Below the pieces are notes generated by a model that ran no database searches, had not been told where the DNA came from, and saw only the letters and a list, made by a program, of their open reading frames with translations. A stretch of DNA of 64,000 bases from a candidate division WOR-3 bacterium (lineage in GTDB: Bacteria; Hydrothermota; Tepidihabitantia; Tepidihabitantales; Tepidihabitantaceae), in NCBI GenBank assembly GCA_965649295.1, contig CBFGKH010000010.1, forward strand, positions 18,054 to 82,053, given 5' to 3'. The position numbers and the translations under genes were made by a program. Below are positions 58,586 through 64,000 of the stretch, piece after piece. Each line of letters opens with the position of its first letter. The first letter of the stretch is position 1.

Positions 58586-58780
58586 ATGGAATGCAACATC
58601 AAAGCCAACCTCGCGCACTGCACCTGTACCTATGAACCCTGTTCGCGCAAGGGCAAGTGCTGCGAGTGTATCGCCTATCACCGTGAAGCCGGTGAACTCC
58701 CTGGCTGCCTCTTCCCACCCGCAGCCGAACGTAGCTATGATCGCTCGGTCGCCCGCTTCATTGCCAGCCAGAAGAAATAA
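58586..58780 (+). CDS. Small Cys-rich protein (DUF6485-like)
   Basis: [43 protein letters not shown]...YDRS; fills the gap between gcvPA and gcvPB exactly. Confidence 0.8.
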   Translation: MECNIKANLAHCTCTYEPCSRKGKCCECIAYHREAGELPGCLFPPAAERSYDRSVARFIASQKK

Positions 58781-60204
58781 TGCCAGAGCCGACTCTTTTT
58801 GACCTATCAAGCCCTGGCCGGCAGGCCTGGTCGCTGCCCGAACTTGATGTGCCAGCGGCCCCGCCACTGCCGGCAGAGCGCGACGACCTACCCTTGCCGG
58901 AACTGAGCGAGATTGACATCGCCCGCCACTATGCCCGCCTCGCCACAATGAACCATCACGTCGAGCGCGGCTTCTACCCGCTTGGTTCCTGCACGATGAA
59001 ATACAATCCCAAGGTCAACGAGCTGACCTCGCGACTGCCTGGCTTCTCTCGGCTCCATCCCTACGAGCCGAAAGAGTTGACCCAGGGCGCACTACGGCTG
59101 ATGTACGAGCTGGGCGAGCTGCTGAAGAAAATCACCGGATTTGATGCCATCACCCTGCAGCCGGCAGCCGGCGCTCACGGCGAGCTGACCGGCATCATGA
59201 TGATTCACCGCTACTTCGAAAAGCGCGGTGAGAAGCGCGATATCGTACTCGTACCTGATTCTGCCCACGGAACCAACCCGGCATCAGTCACCCTGTCTGG
59301 ATTCCGTTCGGTCCAGATCAAGTCTGATGCCCATGGCCGAATTGACCCGGCTGAGCTGGCCCGTGCCTGCACTGATTGCGTCGCCTGTCTGATGGTGACG
59401 AATCCTAACACGCTGGGCATCTATGAAACCGACGTCAAGCGCATCTGCCAGATAATGCACGACCAGGGTGCACTGGTTTACCTCGACGGAGCAAACCTCA
59501 ATGCCTATGTCGGCATCCATCGCCCTGCTGACGCCGGCTTTGACGTCATGCACATCAACTTGCACAAGACGTTTTCTACACCCCACGGCGGTGGCGGCCC
59601 CGGTGCCGGCCCGGTTGCCGTTACTAGCCGGCTTGAGCCGTTCCTCCCTACTCCGGTACTGCAGAAACGTGGGAACCAGTATCTGCTTGACTTCGACCGT
59701 CCCGATTCAATCGGCCGCGTCATGGCTGGCAACGGCCAGTTTGCCGTCTTGGTTCGGGCCTATACCTACATTCGGATGCTTGGGGCAACCGGCCTAGCTG
59801 AAGTGGCCGAATCAGCCGTACTGAACGCCAACTATCTGCGCCAGGCCCTGATCGGCACCTACGACCTGCCCTATTCTGAACCAACACTGCACGAGGTAGT
59901 CTTCTCCGGTACCAATCTCCGTGAGTATGGTGTCAAGACCCTCGATGTGGCCAAACGACTGCTCGACTACGGCTTCCACGCTCCCACTATCTACTTCCCG
60001 TTGATTGTGCCAGAGGCACTGATGATTGAACCCACCGAAACCGAGTCCCGCGAGTCGCTCGACGCTTTCATTGCCGCAATGAAGCAGATTGCCGAAGAAG
60101 CAAGGACCAACCCTGACGTCGTACGTTCTGCGCCATCCCGAACCCCGGTGCGGCGACTGGATGAAGCCCGCGCCTCGCGCGAACTCGACGTCTGCCAACG
60201 CTGA
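58780..60204 (+). CDS. gcvPB: Glycine dehydrogenase subunit 2
   Basis: YPLGSCTMKYNP, QPAAGAHGE, HINLHKTF (PLP Lys), PHGGGGPG, MIEPTETES. Confidence 0.96.
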   Translation: MPEPTLFDLSSPGRQAWSLPELDVPAAPPLPAERDDLPLPELSEIDIARHYARLATMNHHVERGFYPLGSCTMKYNPKVNELTSRLPGFSRLHPYEPKELTQGALRLMYELGELLKKITGFDAITLQPAAGAHGELTGIMMIHRYFEKRGEKRDIVLVPDSAHGTNPASVTLSGFRSVQIKSDAHGRIDPAELARACTDCVACLMVTNPNTLGIYETDVKRICQIMHDQGALVYLDGANLNAYVGIHRPADAGFDVMHINLHKTFSTPHGGGGPGAGPVAVTSRLEPFLPTPVLQKRGNQYLLDFDRPDSIGRVMAGNGQFAVLVRAYTYIRMLGATGLAEVAESAVLNANYLRQALIGTYDLPYSEPTLHEVVFSGTNLREYGVKTLDVAKRLLDYGFHAPTIYFPLIVPEALMIEPTETESRESLDAFIAAMKQIAEEARTNPDVVRSAPSRTPVRRLDEARASRELDVCQR

Positions 60205-60521
60205 TGCTCGCCTCAAACATCACTCCCGAACGTCGAGTTGCCATTATTGAACGCATCGCCAGTCGAGTCGTTGACCTGAAACTGACTCCGCTGGCCATCG
60301 TGATGCTGGAGTCGAGCAAGCCGCTGTCGTTCATTGGCTCACAGCTAATGGTCTTCTTCCAGCCGATAATCACGGCAATATTCCCATTCCAGCAGTACGA
60401 CGAGGTCGCAGCACTGCTCGAAGATAGAACTAGCATTGAAGAACTCATCCAGACGATTGAGCGTCGGGAGGACGAGAAACGCCATGCAAAAAGAGAAAAT
60501 CGAGCGAATCCTGGCAACTGA
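60204..60521 (+). CDS. Hypothetical protein
   Basis: TGATG coupling to gcvPB; plausible helical protein (LESSKPLSFIGSQ). Confidence 0.7.
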   Translation: MLASNITPERRVAIIERIASRVVDLKLTPLAIVMLESSKPLSFIGSQLMVFFQPIITAIFPFQQYDEVAALLEDRTSIEELIQTIERREDEKRHAKRENRANPGN

Positions 60522-62283
60522 CTGCGGGTCAACAACGACTAAGGCAATCCTAATTGAGAAACGGGGCAATGAATACCGCCTTGCGACCCGCGGTGAGGCG
60601 CCCACCACTGTCGAGGCCCCGTTCGAGGATGTCACGCGTGGCGTCCTCAACTCAGTAATGGAAGTAGAGGAACTCTCGGGCATCAAACTGCTCGACGGCG
60701 AGCGCATCATCAAGCCCAAGGTCCATGCCAAAGAAGGAACCGATACCTACATATCAACCTCCTCTGCTGGCGGCGGACTACAGATGATGGTAGCCGGGGT
60801 AGTGCTGACAATGACTGGCGAGAGTGCGGCCCGCGCTGCGCTTGGTGCCGGTGCGATTGTCATGGACGTCATCGCCTCGAACGACGGCCGACTACCACAC
60901 GAGAAGATCGAACGAATCCGTACTCTCCGACCGGACATGATTCTACTTTCCGGCGGCGTTGACGGTGGAACAGTCTCTCATGTCGTCGAACTGGCCGAGC
61001 TGATATCGGCAGCCGACCCCAAACCGCGCTTCGGCGTTGGCTACAACCTGCCGGTGATTTTTGCTGGTAATGTCGCTGCCCGTGAGCTCATCATCAAGAC
61101 CCTGAAGGATAAGAGTGCCCTGGAAATAGTCGAGAACATCAGACCGGTTCTGGAGCGCGAAAATCTCGGCCCGGCTCGCCACAAGATTCACGACCTCTTC
61201 ATGGAGCACGTCATGGCCCACGCACCCGGCTACCGCAAGCTGATGAGTTGGACTGATGTGCCGATTATGCCCACGCCTGGCGCTGTCGGATTGCTGATTG
61301 AGAATATCGGCAAATCGCAAGGGATTGCTGTCCTGGGTGTGGACATCGGCGGTGCAACCACGGACGTCTTCAGCGTCTTTGAAGGTATTTTCAATCGAAC
61401 AGTTTCCGCCAACCTCGGAATGTCCTATTCAATCTCAAACGTTCTTGCTGAAGCCGGCGAACAGAACATAATGCGCTGGTTGCCGATGCCGATGTCTGCA
61501 GCCGAAGTACGCAACCGCATTCGCAACAAGATGATTCGGCCGACAACCATTCCCTCGACACTTGAGGACCTCAAACTCGAACAGGCAATCGCCCGCGAAG
61601 CACTACGACTGGCGCTGGTCCACCACAAATCAATGGCAGTCGGGCTAAAGGGAGTTCAGCAGGAACGAACAATCTCCGACGCCTTTGCCCAGACCAGGAC
61701 TGGCGAAACACTCGTCAACATGATGACTCTCGATCTCATTGTCGGCTCTGGCGGCGCACTCTCCCACGCACCTCGTCGCGCCCAATCGGCGCTGATGACG
61801 ATGGATGCCTTCCAGCCTGAGGGTGTCACGCGACTAACAGTTGACTCAATCTTCATGATGCCCCATCTCGGTGTTCTCACCGAGATTCATCCCGAAGCCG
61901 CCTATGAGGTCTTTGAGAAAGACTGCCTCGTCCATCTTGGTACTTGCATTGCTCCTGCCGGCCTCGGCCGCGAAGGCCAGAAGTGTGTAACGGTCAGGTT
62001 GACTCTACCCGGCGGGACACCATCTGAGGTCAAGGTCGCATTCGGCGATATCCTTGTTCTGCCGTTACCTGTCGGTGCGTCGGCACAGGCGGTTATCATC
62101 CCCGAACGCGGATTTGATGTCGGCGCTGGCCCCGGTAAGACAGTCGAGAGCAGAGTCGAAGGTGGTCTGTCTGGCGTAATTATCGACTGCCGCGGCCGGC
62201 CACTCGACCTTCCGGCAGACGATGCCAGACGCATGGAAAGTCTGCGCAAGTGGGCCGCGCAGATGAACGCCTATCCTTCCTAG
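60484..62283 (+). CDS. GlmL/MutL-family ASKHA ATPase (glutamate mutase L-like)
   Basis: ATDCGSTTTK, TSSAGGGL, LSGGVDGG, MPTPGAV, VDIGGATTDVFS, RTVSANLGM, GSGG. Start set at ATG 60484. Confidence 0.85.
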   Translation: MQKEKIERILATDCGSTTTKAILIEKRGNEYRLATRGEAPTTVEAPFEDVTRGVLNSVMEVEELSGIKLLDGERIIKPKVHAKEGTDTYISTSSAGGGLQMMVAGVVLTMTGESAARAALGAGAIVMDVIASNDGRLPHEKIERIRTLRPDMILLSGGVDGGTVSHVVELAELISAADPKPRFGVGYNLPVIFAGNVAARELIIKTLKDKSALEIVENIRPVLERENLGPARHKIHDLFMEHVMAHAPGYRKLMSWTDVPIMPTPGAVGLLIENIGKSQGIAVLGVDIGGATTDVFSVFEGIFNRTVSANLGMSYSISNVLAEAGEQNIMRWLPMPMSAAEVRNRIRNKMIRPTTIPSTLEDLKLEQAIAREALRLALVHHKSMAVGLKGVQQERTISDAFAQTRTGETLVNMMTLDLIVGSGGALSHAPRRAQSALMTMDAFQPEGVTRLTVDSIFMMPHLGVLTEIHPEAAYEVFEKDCLVHLGTCIAPAGLGREGQKCVTVRLTLPGGTPSEVKVAFGDILVLPLPVGASAQAVIIPERGFDVGAGPGKTVESRVEGGLSGVIIDCRGRPLDLPADDARRMESLRKWAAQMNAYPS

Positions 62284-62702
62284 TCACCTTTTGAGCTCTT
62301 GAATTGGATACTGGCCAGGTAGTCGGCCAGTATTCTTTTATGATCAAATACCAATTGTAACCTGCTGACTTCTTCGAGATCGAAGAGCCGAGCCGCTCCC
62401 GCGTCGTCCCCCGCCCGCAATTCGCCAACCCCTCGGGCCGTAAAGACAATTGAAATGCAGTCAAACCGCGGATCGCGTTCCGGCTCAGAATAGACGCCAA
62501 ACAGTCTAAGGTCGCCTAGCGACAGCCCTGTTTCCTCCTGCATCTCGCGACGAACCGCCGCCTCGACTGTTTCTCCGCAGTCAACCAGCCCTCCTGGAAG
62601 CGCCCAGCCGATTGGCGGATTTCGTCGCCTTATCAGCACGAGCTGCCCGCCAACTTGAATGATGCAGTCAACGCCGATAAACGGCCGACGGAAATCAGCC
62701 AA
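62280..62702 (-). CDS. NUDIX hydrolase (ADP-ribose pyrophosphatase-like)
   Basis: WALPGGLVDCGETVEAAVRREMQEETGL Nudix box, RDPR, AGDDA, FDH. Confidence 0.92.
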   Translation of the reverse strand: MADFRRPFIGVDCIIQVGGQLVLIRRRNPPIGWALPGGLVDCGETVEAAVRREMQEETGLSLGDLRLFGVYSEPERDPRFDCISIVFTARGVGELRAGDDAGAARLFDLEEVSRLQLVFDHKRILADYLASIQFKSSKGD

Positions 62703-63528
62703 GATACTCCTTCAACGCTTCCTGCCAGCTTCGTAACTTGCGACCGAATTTGAGTCGAAACCGCCGATTATCAAGAACCGAAAAAGCTGGCCGCGCGGCC
62801 GTTCGCCCCAACGTGGCCGAATCAATCGCCACAATTTCACAGTCTCTACCCAACTGAACAGCTATCTCCTTGGCAAACTCGTACCACGAACAGCAGCCAC
62901 TGTTAGTTAAGTGATAGATGCCGTAGGCATCTGTCCGAACCAGTTCACGTAGCGGCTGGCATAGGTCATAAGCCCAAGTCGGTGAGGTCACCTGGTCAGC
63001 AACAACTTCGATTCTGGAGTTCGTGACCAGCTTGGCGCGAATTGTGTCCACGAAGTTGCGGCCACCATGACCGTATAGACCGCTGGTTCTCACAATGAAA
63101 TGGTGGCGGCAAGCCTTTGCCACTGCCTGCTCTCCCATTAGCTTGGTCTTGCCGTAGACCGACAATGGATTTGGAGAATCATCTTCACGGTAGGGCCGGA
63201 CAGTCCGGCCGTCAAAAACGTAATCAGTTGACAGATAGACAAGCTTGCACCCTAGCTCTGCTGCTCCTAGGGCTACTGCCCAAGCACCTTGGAAGTTGAC
63301 TGCCGAAGCTCGGCCCACATCAGTCTCACAAGCATCAACATCGGTCCACGCTGCCAGATGAAACACGACTTGCGGTCCCACTTTATGCATCTCGTTGATA
63401 GTCTTCTCTACCTCAGTGACATCGTGTTGCGGCAAGTCCCAGCATAGCACGTCGTCGCCCTGCTCTCTCAAATAGGCAACTAGTTCAGAACCGAGCAGTC
63501 CCTTGGCTCCGGTGACAAGACACCGCAC
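62695..63528 (-). CDS. rmlD: dTDP-4-dehydrorhamnose reductase
   Basis: VTGAKGLLG, AAWTDVD, STDYVFDG, YGKTK, RPAFS. Confidence 0.93.
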   Translation of the reverse strand: MRCLVTGAKGLLGSELVAYLREQGDDVLCWDLPQHDVTEVEKTINEMHKVGPQVVFHLAAWTDVDACETDVGRASAVNFQGAWAVALGAAELGCKLVYLSTDYVFDGRTVRPYREDDSPNPLSVYGKTKLMGEQAVAKACRHHFIVRTSGLYGHGGRNFVDTIRAKLVTNSRIEVVADQVTSPTWAYDLCQPLRELVRTDAYGIYHLTNSGCCSWYEFAKEIAVQLGRDCEIVAIDSATLGRTAARPAFSVLDNRRFRLKFGRKLRSWQEALKEYLG

Positions 63529-63683
63529 AGCGATAGTCTACATGTAACTGGCACTCTCGCAAGCGTCAGCCACAAACCAACAATCGTATTCGAAAAGGCG
63601 ACAATTCATGAAAGTGCATAGCCGCTCTTGCGCAGTGCAACTGCAGTATTGACACCCGACGTCCCCATTTCTAGATTTCGGAC

Positions 63684-64000
63684 ATGCTCGTATGTCTGAT
63701 TCTGTCACTCGCGGCTGCTGACGGTTCGACCAGAACTCACCACGATGCCCTCACAGTTGTTGGCACCTGGCTGATTGACGCCTACCAGCGAACGCTATCG
63801 CGGGCACAAGCATCCAACACCTGCAATTTCCAACCCTCCTGCTCACAGTTTACCCGCATCGCGATAGGGGAACATGGCTTGCCGATCGGTGTCCTGCTCG
63901 GCGCTGACCGACTCACTCGCTGCAATCCTTACGCCTGGACTCTGTTGGGCAGCTATTATGACAGTGTTTGCAATGATCGACTGTATGACCCTGTCTGGAA
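63684..64000 (+). CDS. YidD-like membrane protein insertion efficiency factor (runs off the window end)
   Basis: Not in the ORF track. MLVCLILSLAAA...IDAYQRTLS...CNFQPSCSQF...AI..HG...G..LGADRLTRCNP. Promoter TTGACA-17-TAGATT lies 6 nt upstream. Confidence 0.75.
   Translation, partial: MLVCLILSLAAADGSTRTHHDALTVVGTWLIDAYQRTLSRAQASNTCNFQPSCSQFTRIAIGEHGLPIGVLLGADRLTRCNPYAWTLLGSYYDSVCNDRLYDPVW

Overview
A 64-kb chromosomal segment from a GC-rich, anaerobic, diderm bacterium. The gene content (gingipain-like C25 peptidase, secreted proteins with FlgD/T9SS-like C-terminal domains, a TonB-dependent receptor, split GcvP) suggests candidate division WOR-3 or a relative; this is inference and was not searched. 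Housekeeping content: gyrA, large-type SRP RNA-dnaX-recR, hpf-hprK-EIIA, purL, purD, glyS, lipB, lpdA, gcvT-H-PA-PB, rmlD, five tRNAs and one decayed IS1202/ISNCY-type element. Main highlight: an 18-gene, 14.7-kb operon (14103-28846, minus) encoding a group 4 energy-converting [NiFe]-hydrogenase. It has three antiporter-like subunits, Mrp B/C/E/F/G-type subunits, and an unusual cytoplasmic arm made of an AsrA/AsrB-like NAD(P)H-flavin module, a molybdoenzyme-fold protein lacking the Mo ligand and a 4x[4Fe-4S] protein. Other highlights: many apparently leaderless genes with TTGACN-16bp-TANNNT promoters; an orphan solute-binding protein carrying a radical-SAM-like CxxxCxxC motif; a subtilase with a ~400-aa Asp-box insertion inside its catalytic domain; a CoA-transferase-GNAT fusion beside an ADP-forming acyl-CoA synthetase; a triple-repeat basic protein coupled to purD; and a GlmL-like ATPase with no mutase at the end of the glycine-cleavage operon. 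No CRISPR array, prophage or rRNA was seen. All calls come from motif recognition by eye.
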